64,000 nucleotides of DNA from Candidatus Poribacteria bacterium (lineage in GTDB: Bacteria > Poribacteria > WGA-4E > PCPOR2b), in the NCBI GenBank assembly GCA_965218095.1, contig OZ244587.1, positions 928,001 to 992,000 on the forward strand. Reading direction: 5' to 3'. Below, piece by piece: positions 30,601-39,645 of this stretch. A program made the translations under genes and the position numbers. Position 1 is the stretch's first letter. Every line of letters starts with the position of its first letter. Below the pieces are notes generated by a model. That model did no database searches. It saw only the letters and a program-made list of their open reading frames with translations, and was not told the origin of the DNA.

Positions 30601-33600
30601 AATCGTGGGTGGAGTGCCGGCCTTAAAGAATTTCAGATTATTAACAATCAGGAGGTCGGTTGTCTGGTTCAAATCAATCTGTGCCGTATCACCAATCCGG
30701 ACGCTTGCTTGCGAGCTCACCGGGATGTTTGTTTCGCCGGTTGCCTGAATCTGATCTAGGTAGATTGCTACCGCCACCTGGGTGCCAACGGCTTGTAAGA
30801 CGCTGTCATTCGGTGTTGGGGCTTCGCTGTAAGCGGTGATAATTGATCCAACATATCGCCTCTGCTCCGGTTGGTAGGTCAGTTTAACGGGCTCGATCTC
30901 TTCCGTTTCTGGAATGACGAGATTGACAGTTATCTCTGTATTGCCGATCGTTGATTCACTGATTTGTCTAGGCAGATCCGGATCTTCGACCTGTATGTAA
31001 ATCACCTCGCCAAGTTGAAATTCCTCGATTGGTTCACCGGATGCTGTCGTTATGGCAATTGCCCCGTTTGCGCCGGTATTCACCGTGACAGTGGCGCTCA
31101 CGGTTTGGTCCCGTTGGGTGCTGCTATAGTACGGATCGATGTACGTCAAGGACACCATATCCTCGCCGCGAACCAACAAGATCGAGTTGTCCATCTCCTC
31201 ATCTCCTCCATAGGCAGTGGGAATCTTTGCAGCAAAGAGGGAACTGTTCGTTGCCAAATCATTCTCGGGATTATCATCCGCGAGGGCGCCGAAATCGGAC
31301 TCACGTAAGACGACAGTCGTCGATTGATTTTGGCTCTCGTTTCGTAATTCGGCTTCGATTGATTCCGGTTGATGGCGGTCTGTATTCCGTTCAGCGTCCC
31401 ACACACAGAGAGTCAGCCTATCACCGGCGTTAAAAGATGTTATCGGTTGGGTTGGGGGCTCATCCATCGGAGCGACCTGTCCGCTGATCTGGTTCAAGAG
31501 TTCAACTTCATTCCAGTGACCCGGCGGGGCATTGAGCTCCTTTGAGGCATAAGCGAACCACCCGGGTCTATTGTTCGCTAGTTTGAGGTCTGCCATGATG
31601 TAATTGAGACCGATAGAATCCCCAATCGCCGGTTGAAACCCATTGAGCGCGACATCTTTAGGAATTCTCGCTTCAAGGATGTATCCGCCCTCTGTCTTTG
31701 CAACTTGCGCTTCGATTTTCTCGTGATAGTCAATGTTTTTCGGAATGGCATCAAGATGGTGGTGTATCTGTGATGGATGTACGCGTAGTGGAGAACGCCG
31801 TGGATTAAGAATTGTAAAAATGAAATGGTGATCACTGGAGGTATACATCCCCGGCGATCTTTTTAAGGCAGCATCCACGAACAGATGCAGGGTTTCATTG
31901 TCGCTAGATTTTCGTCGGCTTCGATTTTTTCCGCGTATGCGTGCATACCGGTTGATAATTGCTGCGATGTAGAGGCTATCGTCGTCCCACTGTGTATAAA
32001 GCACCACAGGAGCCTCCACAGAGTTGTCATAGTTTTGAGGAAGCATTGGATAGAGCTGGGGCCATTCGTCTGCCACTCCATCAATCACCACCTCTTCGCT
32101 CATACGAACCGCTCGACCCCGATCTCGGCGATCTGGATTGTTTAGTCCTGTTGATTGGTCGAAGGCAAGGTTTACTCCTCCTGCTGGATTGGCCTCCAGG
32201 ATGGAGACCTCAGAAACCGCTGCATTCGGACCCGCCAAGCGGTTAAAGTTCAGGGCAATCTCGGCATCGGCATAAGCCTCACTCGGAATTGCATACATGT
32301 AGGAATCCGCTTTGCCTTTAGGAAGTTCCATCGCATCATGTAGAAGAAACCCATCAACGTCAAGATTCTGTATCCGCCCGCCCCCTTTTTCCTGGAGGTA
32401 GGTTACGTGCACCCAGTATAGCCGCGATGGTTCTAAGCCGGTGTATCTGATTTCGACCGTATCGTAATGATAGGCGAAGCTTTTCTGGCTGGGTGTATTA
32501 CCGGCGTCCACGTTGTCCGCATCATCACCTTCTGGCAGCAGGTAGCGATTTCCATCACTTATACCTCTATCAAACGCAAAGCCCCGGTCCAGGTGAGGTG
32601 CAAAGGCATTGCCAGCCTCCCCCAGATTTTCATAATGCATCTGTACTGCGTTGTAATCGCTTAACCTGTCATCAACAGGAGGCGGCAATCGGTAGTTATC
32701 AGTGAAAATCTCAAATTCTCGAATTTCAGGATAATCACCATACCAATCCCCTCGTTCAATCCGTAGGCGAACATAACGTCCCAATATCGGTAGATGGAAC
32801 CGGCGGAGATGCGTCACCGTCTCATCGGCGAGTATGTGGGACACAAAAATCTCTGTGTAATCATGTCCGTTGTCGCTGACGGAAAAGTGATAACGTTTGA
32901 GGTTGTTTCCGGGGCCATCCGTCGTGAGACGCACACCGTAAATTTTCTGATTCCCGCCGAGATCGCCTGTCACGTCAATTGCCCTTGTTGGGGTTCTGTA
33001 AGAGATCCCCGTCTCCTTCCTGACATCCGCTTGCTTTACCGCTTTCTCCATCCGTTGAGCGGCAATCCATTTCGAGCCTTCAAAGAGGAGGAGATCTGTC
33101 AGTTTCGGCAATTCGGCAGGATTGTAGTTCGCATCAATCGCTTGGATTGGGCTATGGGATTCATAGCGCACACCGACGCGAAACTCATCTTTCTTCAATT
33201 GTGGCTTGTTGCTAAACCAGTCGTTGATAACAACCTGCACCCAACGCGCCTCTACCGGGAAGAAAGCCTGCCACGTATATGTGTACTCACGAGAGCTCCC
33301 ATTATAAGAAAAGGCGCGGTCAAATTGTTGTTTGGCACGGTCGGTCTGAACGAGTAAATCATACTGTTTGGGACCACTTTCATCGGCATTTTCAAATAGA
33401 ATTTCCGCGTTGTCAATCCTATAAACAAATCCCAAATCATATGTTGTAAAAATCGGATCCGTCCGCAGAATATCCGTGTAGTGTAGGGGTTCATTATCGA
33501 GTGTGCGTACAGGTTTGATAAACACCTGATCGACGACCGAGACGACTTCTCCACGCGGATAAAAAAGAAATCCGAGTAACAGGGCGCTCCCGCCGAGTAT

Positions 33601-33618
33601 CAGATATTTGAGTGTCAT
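27616..33618 (-). CDS. 2000-aa secreted/anchored protein: discoidin-like domains, two CBM9-like domains and eight ~130-aa Ig-like repeats
   Basis: N-terminal hydrophobic segment; GRYVRLRI...IREFEI (F5/8-like); IDG..DEW...QWD..LY...EARIP twice (CBM9-like); eight modules FNAGD..L.D.D.N...L.ET..SG.F.G...LQV.G...Y.D. Confidence 0.8.
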   Translation of the reverse strand: MTLKYLILGGSALLLGFLFYPRGEVVSVVDQVFIKPVRTLDNEPLHYTDILRTDPIFTTYDLGFVYRIDNAEILFENADESGPKQYDLLVQTDRAKQQFDRAFSYNGSSREYTYTWQAFFPVEARWVQVVINDWFSNKPQLKKDEFRVGVRYESHSPIQAIDANYNPAELPKLTDLLLFEGSKWIAAQRMEKAVKQADVRKETGISYRTPTRAIDVTGDLGGNQKIYGVRLTTDGPGNNLKRYHFSVSDNGHDYTEIFVSHILADETVTHLRRFHLPILGRYVRLRIERGDWYGDYPEIREFEIFTDNYRLPPPVDDRLSDYNAVQMHYENLGEAGNAFAPHLDRGFAFDRGISDGNRYLLPEGDDADNVDAGNTPSQKSFAYHYDTVEIRYTGLEPSRLYWVHVTYLQEKGGGRIQNLDVDGFLLHDAMELPKGKADSYMYAIPSEAYADAEIALNFNRLAGPNAAVSEVSILEANPAGGVNLAFDQSTGLNNPDRRDRGRAVRMSEEVVIDGVADEWPQLYPMLPQNYDNSVEAPVVLYTQWDDDSLYIAAIINRYARIRGKNRSRRKSSDNETLHLFVDAALKRSPGMYTSSDHHFIFTILNPRRSPLRVHPSQIHHHLDAIPKNIDYHEKIEAQVAKTEGGYILEARIPKDVALNGFQPAIGDSIGLNYIMADLKLANNRPGWFAYASKELNAPPGHWNEVELLNQISGQVAPMDEPPTQPITSFNAGDRLTLCVWDAERNTDRHQPESIEAELRNESQNQSTTVVLRESDFGALADDNPENDLATNSSLFAAKIPTAYGGDEEMDNSILLVRGEDMVSLTYIDPYYSSTQRDQTVSATVTVNTGANGAIAITTASGEPIEEFQLGEVIYIQVEDPDLPRQISESTIGNTEITVNLVIPETEEIEPVKLTYQPEQRRYVGSIITAYSEAPTPNDSVLQAVGTQVAVAIYLDQIQATGETNIPVSSQASVRIGDTAQIDLNQTTDLLIVNNLKFFKAGTPPTILLRDTDLNHDDNRQETVSVTLSGDQLNDRYQLTLKETSEASGEFMAPCATQYATGADTSNDMLEVTGKEIVTISYVDALQGSGETQVTVIDKAQVRSGKDGRLEIVKANYLTDLENFNAGDKLYFHLRDADIVDESVEITLIGKTLNDQETLQLFQSVGGEPRVSGGDGTFFGSIQTAYSTEPQEDDGILQVQGAEQVRAAYVDELRSTGETYIEIWDVCEANVGTAGSLKVHNKRDFDYASARNVEISRVRAGDTLILEIQDADLSTTNAMAQLFETDFTEDVVRDNIRVTMVEVTGSAGIFRGEVKTSHGDTPIPNDNILQVQGEGIVTFTYVDALQDTGATQVPIRVQLSVETGDNGKLEIYSAESRKIISGFSVGAGSFNVGEKLRIRLQDKDLNVYPTATDSAEVTVFGNVIADEVQMILRETSPNSAIFEGDLQTQKGESPVTSDRSLLATDHILQVTDKEVITVVYTDEITTTGETGVQLQIQSVVLGSSAGVLRIVDEDALRTGFNTAPTMGALASAHELGSFNAGETIYFWLEDLLLSTVVEADEVQITVTGDKTRDGVEVTLSKKSGTEGVFVGSVPTRYGTTPVADETLDVQGDEEIRATYTPNFPNVNNPVVEDRAYTNRGVRGYLVIIRKDGTPVRNFNVGTTLYFRLEDADLNLDPFMIESTDIRVKTGTQETVVTLHEESTNSHIFRGELSTQHGRTIIDESTNQQVETKAATHETQYTTHYTDDASHGAFRISPSLGLIGGETVTAIYEDALIDTGETNVEISSNCRANLIAWVPYTSRPVLIDGHEDGWPLENVLETSQDEGLLWLQWDRDYLYLLAQIYDDNVVVPDVLEYYHGADTLELHIDLQPDAVKKPSYLQAESNPHRYVFWMCPNGGGFQGDRPYIGQGAPEFIPNYQAANLNVAVRQRSDYYTIEARIPFATVLRGFDPLKTKRHNRIGFNFVIHRSDDHAVYWAEQMPEAGPVFPSDLGLLILESPVP

Positions 33619-33703
33619 CGGAGCGGGTTCTCCTCAAGTGTGATGTTGTAGAGCAAGTAATATTCTTGTTTTCCTAATTCGTTCATTCGCCGATTCGCTG
33701 ATT

Positions 33704-36094
33704 TTACAGACCGAGCTCTCGCCGAAGCGCCATTAAACGCTGATTGATCTTCGTTTTGTTGAGCCGGTTGCCCTCAAGATACTCTCGAAATTCCGGTGGC
33801 AGCACGGCAGGGATCATTGAACGAGAGTTCGCTTCCCGCAGGGAAAGGAGTCTCATGAACTCATTCATCTCTCGGGAATAGTCCGGGACAAAATCCGTCA
33901 TGGATTCGGTGAGATCCGCCTCAGTCACGGCCTGGCGGTTACTGCGTTTCGCAATGTTATAGCTTCGCTGCACGATAGCCGCAAGGTCGCTGGTGCTGAG
34001 TCCCTTTGTATATTGATCGGCAGCAATTCTCCCAAAATCGATATTTTGGACATCAATCGGGAGCGATTTGCAAAACATCTCCAGAATCTCAGAACGTTCG
34101 GCCTCTGTGGGGGGGAGAAAGATCAATTTGTAATCAAAGACCCCACTTCTCCGAAAGATTGGGTCCATCAGATCCGGACGGTTCGATGCCCCGATCCATA
34201 TCACTTTACCGTGCAACGCTGGGTCATTGATTGCATTCAATAGCTCAACGGGCAACACACTGTCGAAGCGATCCGGCTGCATATCCACCCGTACTGTCCC
34301 AGCCTGATCAATTTCATCGATAAATGCAACGACAGGCGTAATCGCCCGAATAAAGTTGATAGCGAACTTCAAGTTTCGCTCATAAATGCGTTCCTCAACA
34401 CCAGGAACAGCGTATTCCATTCCAAGCCCTTCACGTGCATTTTTCAGCCGCACAAATGACATATTTCCGTGACCTGCGAGCAGCTTCGCGGCTAACAGCC
34501 TGCCCGTACCGGGAATGCCTAAGAAAAGCATCCCGCGTGGCACACGCCGGAGATCGCCTTCATTCATGGCGGCGCCGACGTCCCGAATGACATCAACCAC
34601 ATGGTCCAGACCGCCAACCGCTTCCAGATCAGAAGAAGTGCTGCCGACTTCGAGAATGCCGCGGCTGAAAATCTCAACGCTTTCACGGCGGTAGCTTGTG
34701 ACCAACTCGCGGGTAATTGGCTGTCGCATCTCCTCTGATTGCAGCGCGACGTCGTGTATACCGAACAGGTTCAATCCTGCTGTATCTCTTGCCAATTGCT
34801 CTTTACTCAGATCGGCGGCAAGAGTGAGCCGGGAAGTCAATTGGGCGTGATTTTCGGGCGGTTCCCCAACCGGGAGATTCATCAGATGCTCAATAAACGT
34901 CAGCTGCTCATCGTAGTCAGGAAATGGAATCTCGACGACGGGTATATCGGGATTCCTGGTCAGGGCTGGCTGGACTTCGGCGAGGTTTTGCGTCACCAGC
35001 AGAACAATATGTTTTTGCAGGCGCATATCCAGATCCATCGCCCAGTGTTGAAACGTGTCGAGGAACAGCAGCACCTCCTTTTCGAGCGTGGTTAGTTCAG
35101 CATTCGGCACAATCTTTTCCACAAAGTTAATCACCAATCCAACCTTCGCGTGTTCCTGATGAAGGAGTCCATCGAGTTTTGTGCGTAACTCCTCGTTGGG
35201 GGGGAGTTTACCGGTAATGAACTTATCTTCATGCAGATTCCAGTGAACAACCTTTGAGTTAATCGGTATGCGCACCGGCTGACTTTCATCTTCTCCAAGC
35301 GCCTCCCACACTGCCTTATCAACCATCACGCGGTTTCCGTATGCATCCTCGCCTGAAAGCTCAAATGCATGCGGTTCTCCGGGGGAGATGCGATCTCCGG
35401 GTGATTCAATCTTCAACTTTGCCAATGCGCCGGGAACCACCGTGATCTCCCCAGATTCTGCGGTTACTTTGCCGACTACAGCGCGGACTTTACCTTCGCC
35501 TACCTTTGTCGCAGTGAAGACCCCGGCTGGTGTGACAGATCCAATATTGCCGATGACACGCCACTCCGCTTGCCGAACTCTGATTGCATGCCCTGAACGG
35601 TCATAGGCAGTGAGGGTGAACTGTCGCATCTTTCCTGATGTAATCACGCCCTCTCTCGGTGAAATCTCAAGCCGCAGGATCTGATCGGTTACGATCTGGA
35701 TCGGCTCCGATTCCGCGCTCACTTCCCCAACAGTCGCACGGATTCGTGTGTTCCCCACTTGATTGGGGATAAACGTCCCATCAGGGCGAAATTCTCCCAT
35801 TGGTGGGATGTCGCTGACCTTCCCTTCCCACGCCTCTTCGTGGGGAAGTAAGCCCAACAACTTTTGTGCTGCTTTCCACCGATTCACATCGGGCCAAATG
35901 ATTCCCTGCGAAGGGCTATATCCAATCACGAGATCGCAGCCGAGGGTGTTCAGTTGCTCCATCAAATAGTACAACATCGGCAGGTAGCCGTAGATATCAT
36001 CACGGGCGAGGTCATGCGCGTTAAAATGCAATAGAAACTGATGCGCCGCTCCCGCTTTATATTCTGAGGCAATCCGAGGCCAAAACTGGGACAT
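33704..36094 (-). CDS. AAA+ ATPase with inserted Ig-like (Big_2-like) domains
   Basis: Walker A GIPGTGRL, Walker B FIDEID, ASNRPDLMDP; insert LEISP...QFTLTAYD..G...W...G.F.A...G...V.A; AGGAGA before ATG 36094. Confidence 0.85.
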   Translation of the reverse strand: MSQFWPRIASEYKAGAAHQFLLHFNAHDLARDDIYGYLPMLYYLMEQLNTLGCDLVIGYSPSQGIIWPDVNRWKAAQKLLGLLPHEEAWEGKVSDIPPMGEFRPDGTFIPNQVGNTRIRATVGEVSAESEPIQIVTDQILRLEISPREGVITSGKMRQFTLTAYDRSGHAIRVRQAEWRVIGNIGSVTPAGVFTATKVGEGKVRAVVGKVTAESGEITVVPGALAKLKIESPGDRISPGEPHAFELSGEDAYGNRVMVDKAVWEALGEDESQPVRIPINSKVVHWNLHEDKFITGKLPPNEELRTKLDGLLHQEHAKVGLVINFVEKIVPNAELTTLEKEVLLFLDTFQHWAMDLDMRLQKHIVLLVTQNLAEVQPALTRNPDIPVVEIPFPDYDEQLTFIEHLMNLPVGEPPENHAQLTSRLTLAADLSKEQLARDTAGLNLFGIHDVALQSEEMRQPITRELVTSYRRESVEIFSRGILEVGSTSSDLEAVGGLDHVVDVIRDVGAAMNEGDLRRVPRGMLFLGIPGTGRLLAAKLLAGHGNMSFVRLKNAREGLGMEYAVPGVEERIYERNLKFAINFIRAITPVVAFIDEIDQAGTVRVDMQPDRFDSVLPVELLNAINDPALHGKVIWIGASNRPDLMDPIFRRSGVFDYKLIFLPPTEAERSEILEMFCKSLPIDVQNIDFGRIAADQYTKGLSTSDLAAIVQRSYNIAKRSNRQAVTEADLTESMTDFVPDYSREMNEFMRLLSLREANSRSMIPAVLPPEFREYLEGNRLNKTKINQRLMALRRELGL

Positions 36095-36134
36095 TGTTTT
36101 CTCCTGAACCTGAAGGCTTTGATTTGTTGATATT

Positions 36135-36163
36135 ATCATAGCATGTGGGCTCGCAAGGCGCAA
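36135..36163 (-). promoter_or_regulatory. Sigma70-type promoter for the AAA ATPase operon
   Basis: Minus strand TTGCGC-17 bp-TATGAT with extended -10 TG. Confidence 0.55.
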
Positions 36164-36326
36164 GGGGTTTTCGTTTACCCTTGACATATTTTTGGCTGCG
36201 TGGGATAATGAAAACATAAAAACGGGAAAGGAAACGCTTCCGATAAAGGGTAAAGAATAAGAGAGAAAAACTGATAGATCCATTGGTCCATAGATCTGGA
36301 ATTGCTTACTCCCTTCCCTTTGAGTC

Positions 36327-36510
36327 TACAACTCCGCTTCGCGAGAGTCGCGGTGAAGCCGGATCTGCCCCGATCCATCGGGGAGTACGCTCCTACTCCC
36401 CATGTTCAGTGCCATGAGCAAGCCCTTCCGCGCTCCTGCCCATGCTCGCCCAAAGTGCCATACGGCTTCCCGGAAATGGAGAAAGTTCGAGAAGAAGCGA
36501 CTGGAGTTGC
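36327..36510 (-). ncRNA. Candidate structured non-coding RNA, family unassigned
   Basis: Nested helices GCAACUCC/GGAGUUGU, CGCUUC/GAAGCG, GAAGCCG/CGGCUUC, UGGGCGAGC/GCUUGCUCA, GGGAGUA/UACUCCC; G-U pairs favour the minus strand; GC-rich island between AT-rich flanks. Confidence 0.6.
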
Positions 36511-36640
36511 GCTGACATTTTCTTTCCACACTCCCAATAAGAAATTAGGTTGAGGAATACTTAGAGACGTGATACAATGAAGGTACAAAATATGAAGCAA
36601 CGGGAAGAATAAATGAGAAATAGAAAGGAAAAGTTGTCGA

Positions 36641-36967
36641 ATGTCTCAGTTTGTTAAAGCTGCGAAAACGACTGAAATTCGGACCGGTGATTGTCTCGGT
36701 GTTAAGGTCGAAGGCGTTTTTATTGGCATCTACAACATTAACGGGAACTATTACGTGATGAACAACATCTGCCCACACCTTGGCGGGATTTTAAGCTACG
36801 GTTTCCTAGATGATAACGTTATTACTTGTCCGCTCCACATGTGGGAATTTGATGTGAAGACGGGAAAATGCGTTTGGCCGGAGCAGGAGCGGCTCCCAAC
36901 CTATCTTGTGAAAGTCGAAGGCGAGGATATTCTTGTCGATGTCGATTTACCCCAATTTGCAGATTGA
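36641..36967 (+). CDS. Rieske-type [2Fe-2S] ferredoxin
   Basis: CPH...CPLH motifs; WEFDVKTGK. Confidence 0.92.
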   Translation: MSQFVKAAKTTEIRTGDCLGVKVEGVFIGIYNINGNYYVMNNICPHLGGILSYGFLDDNVITCPLHMWEFDVKTGKCVWPEQERLPTYLVKVEGEDILVDVDLPQFAD

Positions 36968-37088
36968 TGGGTCAGAAAACAGGGATACAAGGCAAGTGAG
37001 CCGTGTTTATACATCACAAAATCGCAGCGTCTCATCGATTCCCTGAACGGTTACCAAAACAGAAACGATTTAGAAGGAGTTGGAGTCT

Positions 37089-38045
37089 ATGGCATATTTA
37101 ATAACTGGTGGAATGGGGTGTATTGGATCTTACGTCATCCATGATTTCCTCAACGCCGGCGAAAAAATCGTTGTGTATGATTTTGTACATGATCTGACGA
37201 TCCCCAAGATGGTATTGACGGAGGAACAACTTGAACGGTTCACCTTTGTTCAGGGGGACATCGCTGATCTCCCCCATCTGTTGCGAACCGTTAAGGCGCA
37301 CGAAATTGATCGAATTATCCATCTTGCATCGTGGCAGGTTCCGGCGTGCAATGCCAACCCTCCCCGGGCATTGAAGATTGTCTGTGAAGGCACAATCAAT
37401 ATGTTCGAGGCGGCGCGAATTTTCAATCTCAAGCGGGTTGTCTGGGCAAGCAGCGTTGCAGTCTTCGGATCGCCGGAAGACTACGATTATCAGCAGATCG
37501 CGAATGATGCCCCACACTTCCCCAAGTTCATCTATGGGGCTTGCAAATCTCTCAATGAAAGGTATGCCACGCACTACTTTGACAACTACGGTGTGGACAT
37601 AATTGGGCTGCGGTTTACGGCGGTTTACGGTGTTGGCCGGACACGGGGGATGAGTTCATTCTCGACGCAGATGATCGAATCGGTTGCGTTGGGACAGCCT
37701 TACGTTTCACCCTTCGGTGACGATGCTATCGACTGGCAATACGTTGAAGATGTCTCTCGATCTATTGTGATGTCCTGTATCTGCCCATCCACGAAAACGC
37801 GGGTCTTCAATGTCAAGGGCGGTATCCGTCCCGTAAAGGAAGGTGTGGCTTACCTGAAGAAACTGGCGCCTGATGCACAGATCACGCTTGAGCCGGGCGT
37901 GTTTGGGATCTCATGGGATTACGATGCCACGCCAATCGCCGAAGAGATCGGATTCACGCCTGCGTACACGATGGAGCAGGGTATTCTGAAAACCTTCAAT
38001 CGTTTCCGTGAATTGGCGGGGTTGGATCCAATTCAGGAGACGTGA
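37089..38045 (+). CDS. NAD-dependent epimerase/dehydratase
   Basis: ITGGMGCIG, ASS, YGACK. Confidence 0.9.
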   Translation: MAYLITGGMGCIGSYVIHDFLNAGEKIVVYDFVHDLTIPKMVLTEEQLERFTFVQGDIADLPHLLRTVKAHEIDRIIHLASWQVPACNANPPRALKIVCEGTINMFEAARIFNLKRVVWASSVAVFGSPEDYDYQQIANDAPHFPKFIYGACKSLNERYATHYFDNYGVDIIGLRFTAVYGVGRTRGMSSFSTQMIESVALGQPYVSPFGDDAIDWQYVEDVSRSIVMSCICPSTKTRVFNVKGGIRPVKEGVAYLKKLAPDAQITLEPGVFGISWDYDATPIAEEIGFTPAYTMEQGILKTFNRFRELAGLDPIQET

Positions 38046-38156
38046 TTCGTGGAACGTGATGCGTATTGCGTTTCACGAAACTGAACCAGGAGGCCGAAGG
38101 GTGCCGCGAGCGAGAGGCTTTGCGTGCTGAACTGGTTGGTCAGGTCAGTGAGGCCC

Positions 38157-38405
38157 ATGCGCAGATTATTGGTACTCATAATGGCATTAATCCATCGAAT
38201 CGATGCAGTTCAGACGGCGCCAATCAGACAAATTAATAACGATCATACCGGACCGATGAGGGAATTTACGGAACTTCGTGCTGAACTCAACGGGCGACTA
38301 GATCGGTTGAACGACAAAATTGATAGACTATACAGGTGGATTATCGGTACCTTCGTTGCGGCTGGAGTGAGCGCGATTGTGTCTATTCTGGATGGATTTT
38401 TCTAA
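38157..38405 (+). CDS. Small coiled-coil protein with C-terminal TM helix (possibly degenerate)
   Basis: ELRAELNGRLDRLNDKIDRLYRWIIGTFVAAG; start uncertain. Confidence 0.45.
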   Translation: MRRLLVLIMALIHRIDAVQTAPIRQINNDHTGPMREFTELRAELNGRLDRLNDKIDRLYRWIIGTFVAAGVSAIVSILDGFF

Positions 38406-38528
38406 AGAGAATTGAAGAAAGGTTAAAATAGAAAGAAGGGTTAGATCTCCGAGTTAACGGAAAACTTTATCATGCTGGAGGATCGGATATGGCCGGTGCT
38501 TCAGCCACATCAAACCATGGGAGGTAAT

Positions 38529-39608
38529 ATGATGAAATTAGGTGCGTTCATGATGCCACTGCATCCGCCGGAGAAAGACCGGACAGAGTGTTTCGAAGAG
38601 GACATCGAATTAATCGTCCTCGCCGACGAGTTAGGATTTACGGAAGCCTGGATTGGCCAGCATCACACGGTCGCCTGGGAACCCATCCCGTCTAACGATG
38701 TGTTCATTAGCAACGTCCTGCCGCGCACAAAGAACATCCGTCTCGGCACCGGTGTATCAATTGTTCCGCAGCACCATCCGGTCAACATTGCCGTTCGCCT
38801 TGCACTCCTCGACCACCTTTCCCGTGGCCGTCTCAATTGTGGCTTTGGGCAAGGAGGTGTGGCGACCGACTGGGGGCTGTTCGACTTGCCGGACCCAAAA
38901 ACGCAGGGGTTGATGACCATTGAGGCAATCGACACCATCCTCAAGCTATGGCAAACCGACCCGCCCTTCGAGTTTAAAGGGGATTTCTGGAATATCAAAC
39001 TCGAAACGCTCGATCACGAGCGTGGGATTGGCGTCCTGCTCCAGCCTTACCAGAAGCCCCATCCACCGATCTCCATGAGCATTGTTAGAGGGAATTCCAT
39101 GGCGGCCCGCACGGCTGGTCAGCGGGGCTATATACCCATAAGCACGAATCTGGTGCCTGGTACGACGCTTGCGAATCATTGGGAGACCTACTGTGCCGGC
39201 GCCGAAGAAGCGGGTCTGCCCGTGCCAGAGCGCTCGAACTGGCGTGTGTCGCGTAGCATCTTTATCGGAGAATCGACCGACGCGGCATGGGAACACGCCA
39301 TGAATGGCAGCTTCGTGCGCGGATACGACTACTTGATCACCGTCCTCAAGGCGGCGAATATGCTGCACATTACGAAGCCTGATCCAGACTTCCCCGATGA
39401 CGAGATGACGCCAGAATACATGCTGAAACACCTGTGCATCATCGGTGATGTGGATGAGTGCATCCGTCGACTCCAGGAGGTGTGGGACGAGTCCGGCGGC
39501 TTCGGTACGTTGCTGATGATCACGCATGACTGGGACGACAGAGCCAAGTGGATACGTTCCCAGGAACTGCTGGCGAAAGAAGTTGTCCCTGCGCTCCCAA
39601 CGATCTGA
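38529..39608 (+). CDS. LLM-class flavin-dependent oxidoreductase
   Basis: ADELGFTEAWIGQHH, IRLGTGV, LDHLSRGRL, PYQKPHPP; GGAGG RBS. Confidence 0.92.
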   Translation: MMKLGAFMMPLHPPEKDRTECFEEDIELIVLADELGFTEAWIGQHHTVAWEPIPSNDVFISNVLPRTKNIRLGTGVSIVPQHHPVNIAVRLALLDHLSRGRLNCGFGQGGVATDWGLFDLPDPKTQGLMTIEAIDTILKLWQTDPPFEFKGDFWNIKLETLDHERGIGVLLQPYQKPHPPISMSIVRGNSMAARTAGQRGYIPISTNLVPGTTLANHWETYCAGAEEAGLPVPERSNWRVSRSIFIGESTDAAWEHAMNGSFVRGYDYLITVLKAANMLHITKPDPDFPDDEMTPEYMLKHLCIIGDVDECIRRLQEVWDESGGFGTLLMITHDWDDRAKWIRSQELLAKEVVPALPTI

Positions 39609-39645
39609 GGACAGGTAAGATCCTGATTCAGATTTGATACTAAAA

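Noticed and set aside
36095-36283. N-terminal extensions in the ORF track (also cstA, bioB, hydantoinase, kinase)
   Set aside because: Downstream starts have better RBS or domain boundaries; the extensions overlap promoters, repeats or pseudogenes.
36340-36490. Cobalamin riboswitch or SRP RNA
   Set aside because: Only a vague CGGTGAA..CTGCCCC resemblance; no B12 box, no SRP GGAAG/AGCAG loop, and pairing favours the other strand.
36327-36510. Retron msr-msd or IS110 bridge RNA
   Set aside because: No reverse transcriptase or IS110 recombinase in the window.
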